In this document: positions 25,461-39,118 of the stretch, piece after piece | How the letters are laid out: each line of letters starts with the position of its first letter | How positions within the stretch are numbered: position 1 is the stretch's first letter | Assembly (NCBI RefSeq): GCF_001194135.2 | Contig: NC_068981.1 | Coordinates: 93,627,664-93,691,663, forward strand | Reading direction: 5' to 3' | DNA: 64,000 nt | DNA from: Octopus bimaculoides | Taxonomy: Eukaryota | Position numbers and translations under genes: made by a program | The notes under the pieces: generated by a model | Told to the model about the DNA's origin: nothing | Databases searched by the model: none | What the model saw: only the letters and a program-made list of their open reading frames with translations

Positions 25461-27269
25461 GATGTTTCGAACAAAGTACTTTAAAAATAGGTCGGTAGAT
25501 TGGGAAATGGGTTCAACTACTAAATAAGCTATGTTGTAGTATGTATTCGGCTTGTTAGACTGGTCGTTTCCCCTGATAAAGTAAAGGGCTTGTCAACTAT
25601 TCTTTTATAGTCGACAAATTTTAGGTCCTAACATTTCTGGCTTTGTGCTTACGTAAGAAATTTTTATTTCTGTAAAATCCTTAGCTTATGAGAACACAGG
25701 TTCCAGAAGTAGATTATTGTGGTCGAAAGATTCAGAAACATTTCAGTAAATGTTATATTCTATAGCATCTTTTACAAAATGTAAGCCAACATAAAACCGC
25801 TTAAACATAATAATGTCTAGAAAGTGATATTTTAAAAATACGATTTACAAGGTACATACACACCACAAAATCTTTCACTGTTTTCTGACAAAATACATTT
25901 TGTTATGAAATACACTAATAGGTAGGCATTAAAGTAGCTGGTGTCTTCTTGTATTAAGGCATACTATCGAAAATCAGAACACAGAATTTAACGCTTTGAA
26001 TTTCTTGAATTTAATTACTTGCAGTTGTTGAACAAGATTAGCAGCAGAATGTCACTTGAATAATTTTTACAAGCTTATTCGGATTTACCAATATCATTTC
26101 AGGAATTATTTATGTAGTACTCCATTTTGTACATCAACAAAATCTTTTACTGTTTATTGTTGCCAGTGAGCGAAGATTATATCTTTTAACGTAGCTAATA
26201 CATTATTGGTGAGAAGCTAGTTACAATTTGATTTTTTTCTTTTGATTTTGGTGGATGTGGGGAAAGTTTGTTGCACCAAACTTCCACTGCTTTTAGTGCG
26301 CAATGTGTATTTGGTAAATGCATTTTTCCACATCTATTGAAAGAATATTTGTGTGTATTTTTGGAGTAGAATAGCGTGAGAGAGTGAGAGAAAGACAAAG
26401 AGAAAATTGAATGGCGTGTTGAACAAATAATTTCAAAATCAGAACTTCTCAAATACATAACACCTTTTGCATTTACGGCACCACAGTTTTTTTGCTTTTA
26501 ATATAAACTTGCTTCTATTTCTGGTCTTATTTTAACATACACACAACTACACACATATATAACATGTATATACGTATATGGTAACACTTATTAGTTAACA
26601 TTATTGTTGTCGACATCTCACACACATGCGCGAGTGAGTCTCAACTGTAAGTGGAGGCTATCTTTGAAATATGTGATATCTTCAGAATGCAGATTGCTTT
26701 GTTATCGTGCATAACAAGACATAAGAACAATGTAAAATGCATAGCATACAGGGAAATCTTTTTCTATAAGAGTCTCACAACAACACTATGACAACAATCT
26801 GTGACATATTAGTGAATATAGCTAGTGTTTCAGAAATTTGCTTTGTACCTACGTAGTTTCGAGTTCGATACCACTGCGGTGCATAATGAACAAGATTTCG
26901 ATGTTATTGATACTTGATCAAACCTTTGTTAGGAAAACTTAGAAGTTAGAAACTCCAGTAATCCTTATTTCCACGACAGATTTAATCGTCACCTGGTTTA
27001 ATACCACTAATTGGTCCTTAATTGCTTTATAGGGTTCCTACGTGTTGAAATCATTCAATCCGAGCTTCCAGTCAAAGAAAAAGTTTATCCTTCTTCTCGC
27101 CAGCCTTGGAAACCATGCAAGTATATTTTGTGTTGTCTTTCCTTTTCCGAAGAAGCCATTAATAAATACTACCTTTAAATATGCAAATGGAATTATTCAT
27201 ATATTTTTGTTAAAACAAAAAAGACGAAAGGAAAAATACCTTGTAACAAGAATTTCATTAACAACAAAT

Positions 27270-27900
27270 AATAGGAGGAAGAGGGAAGGATGGTTTAGGT
27301 AGTATGTGAATGGTAACCTTTGTATTAGTTTGTATGAAGGCTATAGAGATAATGAAAATGCGAATGGCCATTATTTGAGGGAAATTTGCTGACTGGTTCA
27401 CTGGTTGAGGCAGATTAGTAAGGTATGTAGAAAGAGATGAGAGTAGATGGGGATAGAGTGGGGTGAGTAGGTGGTCAAAATAGTAGTTGTTAGTGGGACA
27501 AATGAATTGGGTTGATATTAGAAGGGGTGTTATTGTGTGGAAAGGTGTGTGGACTTGAATAGAGGGGTAGAGGTAGATTGGTTAGCTTTCAAGGGAGTGG
27601 AGTAGTGTTAAGTACTTTTTAAAAGTGGGGAGAGTATGGAGGCTAAGAGGGAAGTGGGAAGTAGTAGAATTGAAGACTTTGGAAGAAACTGGAAATGTGT
27701 GTATGAAAAAGAAGAGATGGGTAGTATCTTATAAGTAGTTGGTTGCTAGGCTTACTTTGTCTTAGTTTAAGGTTATTTGGAGTATGGATTCTTAAGTTAT
27801 GGGATTACATAGAGTTAACAAAGTGCGGGAAAGATGATTAGTACCAGTGTTTGCAAGAATAAATAACACCAAAGAATCAATTAAGTAATGAGGAGTTATT
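27270..27900 (-). mobile_element. Decayed Penelope-like element (linker plus endonuclease C-terminus)
   Basis: C/T-rich minus strand; translates YYPSLLFHTHISSFFQSLQ and PVSKFPSNNGHSH, paralleling PASRYFRSSGHS in the 8219 element. Confidence 0.45.
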
Positions 27901-28334
27901 AAGGCGAAGTATGGTTAATATCAAAATATTCCATATACCCTGTCCTTGTCCATAGGAAGCGAAGCTTCTCCATACAAAGTAAATATCGGCAAGTGTAAGT
28001 TACGTCTAAAAGAGTCATTAACCATTCTTCGCCTTCATAACTTCTCATTATTTAATAGATTCTCTGATATTTTTTGTATATCGACTTGCCTAACATGCTT
28101 ATCCTTACATCTACTCCTCTGCCTGCTCAACATAACATTTCATCAAAAATTAATCGATAGAAAGAGTAGCCGACTTTTTAAAATAGGTACTCGATTCGAT
28201 TTGTTCAACAAAGCTCTTCAAGGCGATGTCCAATTATGGCTGCAGTTCATGCTGCAAGATGTATTTGCGGGAGAAAATTATATTTCTTGTGTATTCTTCC
28301 AAACTATATGAATTGTTTTGCTAACATAACTGCC

Positions 28335-28547
28335 ATCTTTATCTTTTACTTGTTTCAGTCAATAGACTATGGCCATACTGAAGCATCATCTTGAATATTT
28401 TTGGCAAATGATTTTACTCCAGGACTTACTTTTAAACCTGGTACTTATTCTATCGGTCTCTTTTGCCGAACTGCTAAGTTACGGGGACATAAACACACCA
28501 GCATCGGTTGCCAATCGGTAGCGGGACAGTGCATGCGCAAACACACT

Positions 28548-28616
<69 letters not shown>

Positions 28617-28778
28617 GTCCTGCTTCTTTCAGTTTCCCTCTGCCAAATCCACTCACAAGGCTTTGGTTGGTCCGAGGCTATGGTAGAAGACACTTGCCCA
28701 AGGTGCCGTAAAGTGGAACTGAACCAGGAACCATGTGGTTTGGAAGCAAGCTTCTTACCACACAACCGCGTCAGCGTC
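28335..28778 (-). mobile_element. SINE family C, full length
   Basis: Complete head, CORE segment, microsatellite and tail; collinear with the 9961, 37015 and 39845 copies. Confidence 0.92.
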
Positions 28779-29080
28779 TATTGTTATTACTCTTTTTTAT
28801 GACTATTATTATTATCATTATTATTTATTGTTATTTCGGGATGTATAGTGTCTTAGTTGCCATGTTTGAGATTTTGACAGTATAAAAAACAAAATCTTTC
28901 TCTCGAATCTTTTTTATTTTGTAAAACAAGGGGGGAAAAATGCCATTAATAAAAGCTTAACTCGCTAAGAAAACAGCTCACGCAAAAAATATCCGTTCAG
29001 CTTACAACATAATCCGATGAATATTTTGAAATTGCACGGACAATATATGCCATATCTTGTCGAGGCAGAAACAACAATAC

Positions 29081-29113
<33 letters not shown>

Positions 29114-29136
29114 CATCATCATCATCATTATCATAT

Positions 29137-29179
<43 letters not shown>

Positions 29180-29756
29180 GTCACAGTTACAATTGTGGCT
29201 CTAAAAATACTTAGAAACAAGCAAAGAGATTAAACTGATTAGTGTATGAAGAGAATACGAAGAAATTGTTTAATTATCTTTATATATAGGGAAACTATAG
29301 CCCATATCCTGTTAATGAAGCCAATAAGAAAACTTGCACGAAATCCGGTATATGATAAAACGCTAAGTATCGTAATCTAAAAAAATCATGCCTAACCTGT
29401 CCGATAAAGAATCCATGTACATCGTCCATATACCATAATTAAAAGCAGAAATATGAATCTATATACTCTGATAAGCATCTCGATTGCTTCTGATCGGAAA
29501 CCCACTTAAAAGAAATAATTGTGGATTTAATTCAAAAAGATTCCGAGCTAGTAACCCCGATTATCAAGTATTCTGGATTAAAAAATATCTTCACGATTAT
29601 ACGGCTACACTTTATGTTTTTGACTAAGTGTAATTCTTGTGTCAGCTGCCCTAAGAAATCTTAACATAACTGAGGACAAAAATAAAATTAGTCATTCTTA
29701 AATATAACACACCGACACAGACACACTCAGACATATACTCATATATACATACTATA

Positions 29757-29788
<32 letters not shown>

Positions 29789-29793
29789 TGTGT

Positions 29794-29846
<53 letters not shown>

Positions 29847-30829
29847 CGCGTTTGCTTATATGTATATCTTTTATCTTTTTATCTTTAATGTTTTACTNNN
29901 NNNNNNNNNNNNNNNNNNNNNNNNNNNNNNNNNNNNNNNNNNNNNNNNNNNNNNNNNNNNNNNNNNNNNNNNNNNNNNNNNNNNNNNNNNNNNNNNNNNN
30001 NNNNNNNNNNNNNNNNNNNNNNNNNNNNNNNNNNNNNNNNNNNNNNNNNNNNNNNNNNNNNNNNNNNNNNNNNNNNNNNNNNNNNNNNNNNNNNNNNNNN
30101 NNNNNNNNNNNNNNNNNNNNNNNNNNNNNNNNNNNNNNNNNNNNNNNNNNNNNNNNNNNNNNNNNNNNNNNNNNNNNNNNNNNNNNNNNNNNNNNNNNNN
30201 NNNNNNNNNNNNNNNNNNNNNNNNNNNNNNNNNNNNNNNNNNNNNNNNNNNNNNNNNNNNNNNNNNNNNNNNNNNNNNNNNNNNNNNNNNNNNNNNNNNN
30301 NNNNNNNNNNNNNNNNNNNNNNNNNNNNNNNNNNNNNNNNNNNNNNNNNNNNNNNNNNNNNNNNNNNNNNNNNNNNNNNNNNNNNNNNNNNNNNNNNNNN
30401 NNNNNNNNNNNNNNNNNNNNNNNNNNNNNNNNNNNNNNNNNNNNNNNNNNNNNNNNNNNNNNNNNNNNNNNNNNNNNNNNNNNNNNNNNNNNNNNNNNNN
30501 NNNNNNNNNNNNNNNNNNNNNNNNNNNNNNNNNNNNNNNNNNNNNNNNNNNNNNNNNNNNNNNNNNNNNNNNNNNNNNNNNNNNNNNNNNNNNNNNNNNN
30601 NNNNNNNNNNNNNNNNNNNNNNNNNNNNNNNNNNNNNNNNNNNNNNNNNNNNNNNNNNNNNNNNNNNNNNNNNNNNNNNNNNNNNNNNNNNNNNNNNNNN
30701 NNNNNNNNNNNNNNNNNNNNNNNNNNNNNNNNNNNNNNNNNNNNNNNNNNNNNNATATATATGCATACATACATGCATATATACATACATATATTTAAGT
30801 ATTTTTAAAAGCACCGGTAAATAAATACA

Positions 30830-31290
30830 ATATAATAAGAAAAAATTTTTACGTAAATTACGCAGATTTTATCACTAGAGCGCAAATAGTAGTTGTTTTT
30901 ACAAAACTGCGAAAATGAGCATTTTAGCCTCCGGTTTTATCTAATTTTACTATTTTGGTGTTCCTATTTACAACTTTATCAGTACATATCAAAATACATA
31001 GTGCCTCCACGAAACATAGTTTGCGAACTCTTGAAAATCTATTATATGGGTATGCATTTTTTTATTACCGTCCATGCATTTTTCCTTCCTTGAGTTTCCA
31101 AACACGACCAGCGAGTGATGTGCAGTGATTCTTGTTAATCTTTTTAAACGCTGCAATGTTGTTCCGATATTTGTGTTGGAAGCAATCGCCGATTGCACTG
31201 ATATATATAAATGCATCCCCTAGCGTTCTAACTCTACGTTTGTATAATGCACAATGTCTCACAAATGTACTACGAATCTAAAACTATGCC
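30830..31290 (-). mobile_element. Decayed PLE GIY-YIG endonuclease of a second type
   Basis: FIYISAIGDCFQHKYRNNIAAFK..TSLAGRVWKLKEGK...IIKNAYPYNRFSRVRKLCFVEALCIL follows the PLE pattern YIG.T..FK.RY.NH..SF..T.LS..VW.LK...A.PY...C.LC..EK. Confidence 0.65.
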
Positions 31291-31375
31291 AAAACAATTG
31301 TAGTGATTTTAAACAATGAACGTTGTTTATTTCATTTTTTATCAGTTGTCTGTCAATCAGTATATATTATTATTA

Positions 31376-31433
<58 letters not shown>

Positions 31434-31439
31434 CATTAT

Positions 31440-31715
31440 CAGACCTTGCGCTTTTGCTTTGGAAAATAACCATAGCGAGGGACATTCCACAGTTGAATTA
31501 GAACAGTCACAAACAGTGAAAGAAGACATGCACCCAACACCAGAGCTGAAGACACCTCCGAAAGGGGGTGGCCCCGCCACGTCAAAACGGTAGAGGTGTA
31601 GGGGCCGAAACCGGACGTGGTTCCTCCTGATGATGTCTTGAGCTAACTGGATCCTATAAAGGAGCTGTTTTGGTAGCAGACCACGAAACATGGTTGAAAT
31701 TCCTTCCTTTGTACA
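31440..31715 (+). mobile_element. 3' tail of a HERO-like LINE (or derivative) with a GC-rich structured segment
   Basis: 31619-31712 is roughly 85% identical by eye to the 3' end of the HERO-like element (55530-55624, minus strand). Confidence 0.75.
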
Positions 31716-32171
31716 AGTTGACTCCAACCTCAAGAGACAAGTTAGAAGTTCAAGTTGGTTTTATGACTAGGTTGCAATATTTTTGGTTTTGCAGATCATT
31801 ACTCTAGAGAGAATGTCAGTCAAAGCATAAGAAAATTAGAAGTTTGTATTAAAAGTAATTTGATAATAAGATGATAGTGTGATCTTAAGATGACAGTAAA
31901 ATGTGCCGAACGTACTTTTGAACGTACATAATTATGTGCATGTTTTTGGAATTATATAGACAATATTTTTCGGAGGATATGAGCAGTTTCCATGTGCACA
32001 ATTTTTTGAACTATTATTATTATTCTTATTATAATCAACAATATACAAGTATGCACGATACATTACCAGCGAACTTTGGTCTCAGTTATCGTTCCTTCAT
32101 ATAGTTCCTATGTCCTACTGCGTTACACATTCGGCTCGAAGTCAACGTTTTATCCTCTCCTCAGATATGAT

Positions 32172-32253
<82 letters not shown>

Positions 32254-32989
32254 CAGCAATACACAAGTCAGAAATGAACATGAGCAAGTTGGACACAGCA
32301 TGAGGCTAATTCGACCAAACCAGTCAATAAATTTCTACATAATTCATGATACATGTTTCAGTATGTAAAGTGTATGCCATAAAAGGGATACAAAATGAAA
32401 CAAGAGAAAATCTACTTTCCCGTATAATAGTTTCTTTTAATTCGGGTTTATGCATGAGATCGCAGAGTGTACGTGAAAGCGGAGACAGGAACTATGTAAT
32501 ATATATAATACGTTTGCTGAAAGTTCTAGAATATCACCGGAAAAAGCTACACAATCCTTTTCCAAAAGTTTTCTTGCTAAATGATCCAAGAAATTAAATA
32601 AGTTGAATTCCTATAAAATTGTATGTGACTACACGTGTGAAATAAATATAAGTTTATGCGCACATAACAACTATTATGCAAATTCTTAGGCATTGTAATG
32701 TTTGCGGTTCATCGTGAATGATTGGTTGCAGACAAATTGCTTTTTAAATTTCTACCAACATTCGTGGGATTTAATTGAAAGTAAGCTACGAATATAGACT
32801 GTTATATATATTCACAGGGACACCTGTACACACAGATACACGCACACAGACACATACCTACCTACCTACCTACCTACCTACCTACATACATACATACATA
32901 CATACATACATACATACATACATACTTACATACATACACGCAAACACACACACACACGCCTATGTATATATAAATATATGTATGTATGT

Positions 32990-33346
32990 ATTATTTCAGT
33001 CATGTGACTGCAGCCAAGCTGGAGCACAACCTTCAAGGATTTAGTCGAACAAATCGACTCCGTACTTTAAAGATTGATACTTATTCTATGAGTCTCTTTG
33101 CCGAGGGGAGGTAATCAAACCAACATTGTTTATCAAGAAGGCTGGAGGACAAAGGCAAACACATAAATGTATATGCATATATTCAATAGGCTACTTTCAG
33201 TTTACATCTACCAAATCCACTCGATATTGGTCTGGTTGGCCTAGCAATAGAGTGAAAGAAACTTTTCCAAGAGGTCAAGCCGTGAAACTTAACCTTACAC
33301 CTTGTTGTTTAGAAGCAAACTCCCTACACACGGACTGGCCTGGGCC
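32990..33346 (-). mobile_element. SINE family C, older diverged copy
   Basis: tttcagtcatgtgactgcagccaagctggagcac...ctttcagtttacatctaccaaatccactc...agaagcaaac. Confidence 0.8.
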
Positions 33347-33405
33347 TATACATAAATGTATGTATGTATAGACAGAGAGAGAGACAGGCAGACAGACAGA
33401 CAGAC

Positions 33406-33515
<110 letters not shown>

Positions 33516-34112
33516 ATTGAATATGGTACTATATATAATATGGTATTATTTTTCTCTGCCTGAAGAATTTCTTATAAGAAATTCCATAAATGTCTATCAG
33601 GTAAAATTTTTCAAGCTAAAATNNNNNNNNNNNNNNNNNNNNNNNNNNNNNNNNNNNNNNNNNNNNNNNNNNNNNNNNNNNNNNNNNNNNNNNNNNNNNN
33701 NNNNNNNNNNNNNNNNNNNNNNNNNNNNNNNNNNNNNNNNNNNNNNNNNNNNNNNNNNNNNNNNNNNNNNNNNNNNNNNNNNNNNNNNNNNNNNNNNNNN
33801 NNNNNNNNNNNNNNNNNNNNNNNNNNNNNNNNNNNNNNNNNNNNNNNNNNNNNNNNNNNNNNNNNNNNNNNNNNNNNNNNNNNNNNNNNNNNNNNNNNNN
33901 NNNNNNNNNNNNNNNNNNNNNNNNNNNNNNNNNNNNNNNNNNNNNNNNNNNNNNNNNNNNNNNNNNNNNNNNNNNNNNNNNNNNNNNNNNNNNNNNNNNN
34001 NNNNNNNNNNNNNNNNNNNNNNNNNNNNNNNNNNNNNNNNNNNNNNNNNNNNNNNNNNNNNNNNNNNNNNNNNNNNNNNNNNNNNNNNNNNNNNNNNNNN
34101 NNNNNNNNNNNN

Positions 34113-34164
<52 letters not shown>

Positions 34165-34727
34165 GCATATATGAGAGCTACCATAAGTTTCATGTTCGGA
34201 TTGTACCGCAATCGAGCGATCATTCATAGCGTGCTGTGTACTATCCTGCAATCCCTGACTGACTACACGACACGTCATACAAGATCGACCGATTAAGTAC
34301 TATCCGAGCTCGAAGCTCACATTTAAATCTGTATTTATTAAATGGTGTCTACCTCTCGCTCTATGGAGTACTTTTGTTGTAAATCCCACTAATAATGGAA
34401 CAGCACACTATATGTGTGTGCGATATGATATAATATGATTTATCCATAACAATTTTAATTTTCATGTACCTATGTAGTATTAATAACTAATAACTTATGT
34501 GTAAGTAGTGTGGTTATATTCAACTAGCATTGATGAAGATAATTGATTTGACTTCCTTTCGTATTTTGACTGCTAAAACTGTCATTACTTATTCGTTTCT
34601 ACGCGTATATACAGAAGTATAATTACCTATATCATTCGGAGCCTACTTGCTCTGGACACACTCTAGGAAGAAGACATTAAAATTACACTCGAAATAAATT
34701 CCTGATTCAAAATGTAATTTTGTGTTC

Positions 34728-34781
<54 letters not shown>

Positions 34782-35622
34782 ATCGCACTCACACATACAC
34801 ACACGCTAATAAATATTGTTTTTTTTTTATTGCAGTTTTCTTACTTTCTAATCTCTGACAGTTTCTTGCTTCTATGGACACATGAGATAATTTATTACAT
34901 GAAATATAAATACCAATAAAGTACTTATATTTCAAGTATATGTTTCAAGTATAAATATAGGCCTTGTGCCTATAGTATAAAGGATATTATTTTGTACGTC
35001 ATATTCTACGGTGTGACTTCTCGTAACATAGAAAATCAATGTGCTCTTCATACACCACCTAATCTTTTCTTTATTTTAACCTAATACCGTAAGCTAACGA
35101 AACACATGTTAATTACACCGAGGCTGCTTCGTTCCGAGAATTTTTCTCTCTCTTTTTGCGATAGTAATTTTTTTACAGTTAAGAATCTGTGCCGTGCAGT
35201 TTTGTGTATCTAGGCTATAAAACAGACCAGTATCGTGGATAAGATAACGTTACTATGACTTCGCCAAGAACTAGAGTTGGTTGGGTGTTAGATGTAGTGT
35301 CAATTAACAGTTTATCTCCAGAGTCAAGTTCTGTGTTTTTCTTTTATTCTGATGTCAACTAATGATAAATATGTGTAGTTAATTAATGAAATGCTTTTCA
35401 GATAATGTCCACCTTCGAGATTATTGACCTCATCATTCAAGCATATTTGTTCTATTCTACGTTTCCATAAGTTCAAATTCTCCAATCTTCATTTGCTTTA
35501 TCGCATAAATGTATTTCCAGAGTGGGATTAAAGTCAGTGCCTTGACTTGTAATGGCGGAATTTGACCGCAGAACTATGGAACGGAGTATTAAAGTGTTAA
35601 TATTAAAGGAAATCTATGAGAC

Positions 35623-35826
35623 GGAGAGCTTGTAGAATCGTTAGCACGCCGGGGAAAATGCTTGACGGCATTTTGGTCCGTCTTCACGTTCTGAATTCAA
35701 ATTCCACCGAGGTTTCCAGTGTCTTTCATCCTTTCTGAGGTCAATAAAGTACCAGTTGAACACTGGGATTGATGTAATCGATTTATCCCCGCCTCCAAAT
35801 TTTCTGGCCTTGTGCCAAAATTCGGA
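35623..35826 (+). mobile_element. SINE family B, near full length
   Basis: gacggagagcttgtagaatcgttagcacgccgggg...ttctgaattcaaattccaccgagg...ctggccttgtgccaaaattc. Confidence 0.88.
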
Positions 35827-37014
35827 ACAAGGCTAGAAACAATGGGGATTGGGTATAAAGACTATCAGACATTGTAGTAATAAAGGACAAAGTTAAATGA
35901 AAATAGAATCTGATATTCCGGACTTTGAAATTATTGATTATTGCAATAAAATAAAAGAAATTCCTTAGATATTTGAACTTCTACCTTCTAAAACATCAAC
36001 ATTATAATGCTTTCATAGGTTTTGAACGATTGTTGTTTACACCATTTTTAACGCACACATCCAACTGCATTTGTAATCATAATACAGGACATTTAATTTG
36101 AATTCTATCAGTCTTTGAATTTTTATGAATTATCCAAATGTCACCATCACGATTGATTCAAAGAAAACCAAATGAAAAACAAAAGCATTATTTCTAAATT
36201 CTAGACTGATTATGTAATTATATGTGCCCAGAAACACAATCATGGTCTTTTCGTTGTACCGACAATTCTTTGAAGAATGAAGGAAATTCGCATAAAATGA
36301 AGGAAAACAATAACACAGTTATCATAAATGTATCATTCAATATACGTCCTTTCGCTGGAAGCAGACAAGTGTATGGCATTCCTGTGTATCATTGAACAGA
36401 AGGAATATCCTCGTAAATGAAATATAATTTAATTGTTAGTTCGCTATTGTTGTTAGAAATCGTAGATGAGAGCAAGTTGAAAAGGCAGAAATGGACACAT
36501 GAAAAATCAAAACATTTAGTTTCGTCTGTGTACTTGTTCCTATCTCATCAATGACAACTTTGCTTTCATAGCCTCTAATTTAGGAGAACAGAGACCCATC
36601 ATGAACTGGGATCAAATCGAGCAATGGTGCCTATGTTCTACATATTTTTTAACATTATATTAATATAAAGTGTTATTAAGTTTGTTGTTAATTGGTGTTG
36701 GATGTACGTCATTGCAGTGACAGTAAAATCCTTGGAAAAGAAAAAGCGATGTGATATAAACTGAAGGGTGAAACCATTTTATTTTCATTTGTACCAAAAA
36801 TACTCACTGAATAAATATGAACAACACAACTTCTACCTATTTCTACCTTCACTACAATTCAGGTAATGATTAATTTGCTATTGCTGCTCTTACGGTTGTT
36901 GTTATTGTTTACTTCAAGGCGATTCCTTCTTGAGCAGACTTATTATCAAAAGCGTTCCTGTCGCAACCATCCTCTTTTTTCTCATAATTTATTCAGGTGT
37001 AGATTATACTATAC

Positions 37015-37515
37015 TTTTTTTTTTTACTTGTTTCAGTCATTTGACTGCAGCCATGCTGGAGCACCGCCTTTAGTCGAGCAAATTGACCCCGGGACTTATT
37101 CTTTGTAAGCCTAGTACTTATTCTATCGGTCTCTTTTGCCGAACTGCTAATGGACGGGAACATAAACACACCACCATCGGTTGTNNNNNNNNNNNNNNNN
37201 NNNNNNNNNNNNNNNNNNNNNNNNNNNNNNNNNNNNNNNNNNNNNNNNNNNNNNNNNNNNNNNNNNNNNNNNNNNNNNNNNNNNNNNNNNNNNNNNNNAT
37301 ATATATATATATATATATATACATATATACGACGGGCTTCTTTCGGTTTCCGTCTACCAAATCCACTCACAAGGCTTTGGTCAGCCCGAGGCTATAGTAG
37401 AAGACACTTGCCCAAGATGCCACGCAGTGGGACTGAACTCGGAGCCATGTGGTTGGTAAGCAAGCTACTTACCATACAGCAACTCCTGCAACTATATACA
37501 ACCACTCCTGCGCCT
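37015..37515 (-). mobile_element. SINE family C, full length, gap in internal microsatellite, duplicated 5' end
   Basis: Collinear with the other family C copies; Ns at about 37185-37298. Confidence 0.92.
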
Positions 37516-39118
37516 ATAAATCTATGTTTATGATTTGATGGAAACTTGGTTGTTATTTCCTAGACGTTGACTAACCACGTAAGAGTATTCACCTTAGCTC
37601 GTTATTATTCACTTGACATGGTGCCAGACAACTTGTTTTATTATATGTAGTTTCGCTGATTCTGGAACCTCAGGGAGAAATTCTGACAGCCAACATACAA
37701 TCAGAGTTGATGCGAAAAGTAAAAGTAATACAAAATTAATATGTCCCTTCTTTAAATATAATGAGTAGATATTATTAAGTAGACCTAATTTGCTTTATGC
37801 CAAATTACAAATTTGGCTTTGATTTGTGATCGTTGCATCACTGACAGCCTGAAGAAGGCTATAATTAAAATATTTTACTTTTCAGACTCCCTAAAATGCT
37901 TATGGGAAAAATACCAATAATTATTCTAGTTGCAGCTTTTATTGATGGTGTTGTTCTTCATAGAAATGTTACCGTGTCTTTTTTAATGATGAGATAAATG
38001 TCCTGATTGATAGTGTTCTTACTATTGTTGCAAAGAAGTTTGTTGACTACAAATATATTTCACGAGATGCATATTTTAAATAATTTCATAATTGCGGTAT
38101 TGCAAAGAAGATCTATTGCACGGCACTGGATATTTTAGTTCGTATTCCCCCAATATGTTTAGAATTCATGTGGATATCAATGTTATCTACAGAGTTGTAA
38201 TGTTTTCTACTATAAATCTCATTAAACCGACAATGGAATATTACACCCACATTTGGAGCGATGTTGATGCTAAAAACAGAGACATCCAAAAATAGATAGA
38301 TAGCTCGACTAATTAGCATGAAGTTGATTTCCGATACACTCCTGCCTCTGGCCACAGACATGCTGTCTCTCACTCGCAACTACAGTGTCCTCTGTTTCTC
38401 AGCGTTAGTCGGTCTTATGCCATTTTTCTCCTGATTTCTTTGCCAGTAATCGTTGCACAGACATCTATATCCTGTTCTTCTCCGCCATAACTTCTTTCCT
38501 CTGCAATTTCTTTCCTGTCTGTTTTTTACCATCAGCAAGTAACATGCAGCTATTCAAGTCGAACACAAGAATAGGATCAGCAAATTATCAGATCTGAAAT
38601 ATCAAACCCTAGAGAAAACAAAATCTTTAGGCTGCAGTTTCGTTAGTGATATATGAGGTGTTATCAGAAATTTCCAAACTCTACATGCAATGACATTCCT
38701 GTTCAACAAAAACGCGTGCACAGCTGATGATTGATAGCCAGACTACAAATAGGCTTCATACTATTTTCTCGTGTTCAATTATTATCTGATGGTCTGTTAC
38801 GTTGTGCTAGAAATGTTCTTGGATTTTGATTATGGACAAATTTCATCAATATGCCCGCATCAAATTTTATATGCATCTCAGTAAGTCTACCAAAAAGGCC
38901 CTTGAAATTCTTCGCCAAGTTTTCTTGGACATAGTTTTGGTCAAACACAAGCTTTTGAGAGTAGCACGCACGTTTGAAAGCCGTCGGTTCTAAATGATAA
39001 GTGTTCATGCTAGTCAACCATTAGTAAAATACTAGAAAATGTAAAATTAAAAAAAAACAACCGTCAACCCATACATGAGAACAGTTGCAAAACAATCCAC
39101 CAGCACTCTTACCTGATT

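Noticed and set aside
31546-31625. Canonical HDV-like or pistol ribozyme
   Set aside because: No P3/L3 or pistol core could be placed on either strand; kept only as an unassigned structured candidate.
38300-38600. Possible piggyBac C-terminal remnant on the minus strand
   Set aside because: Only vague resemblance (YSCVR, TGKKLQRKE), with no catalytic motifs or TTAA-flanked TIRs.
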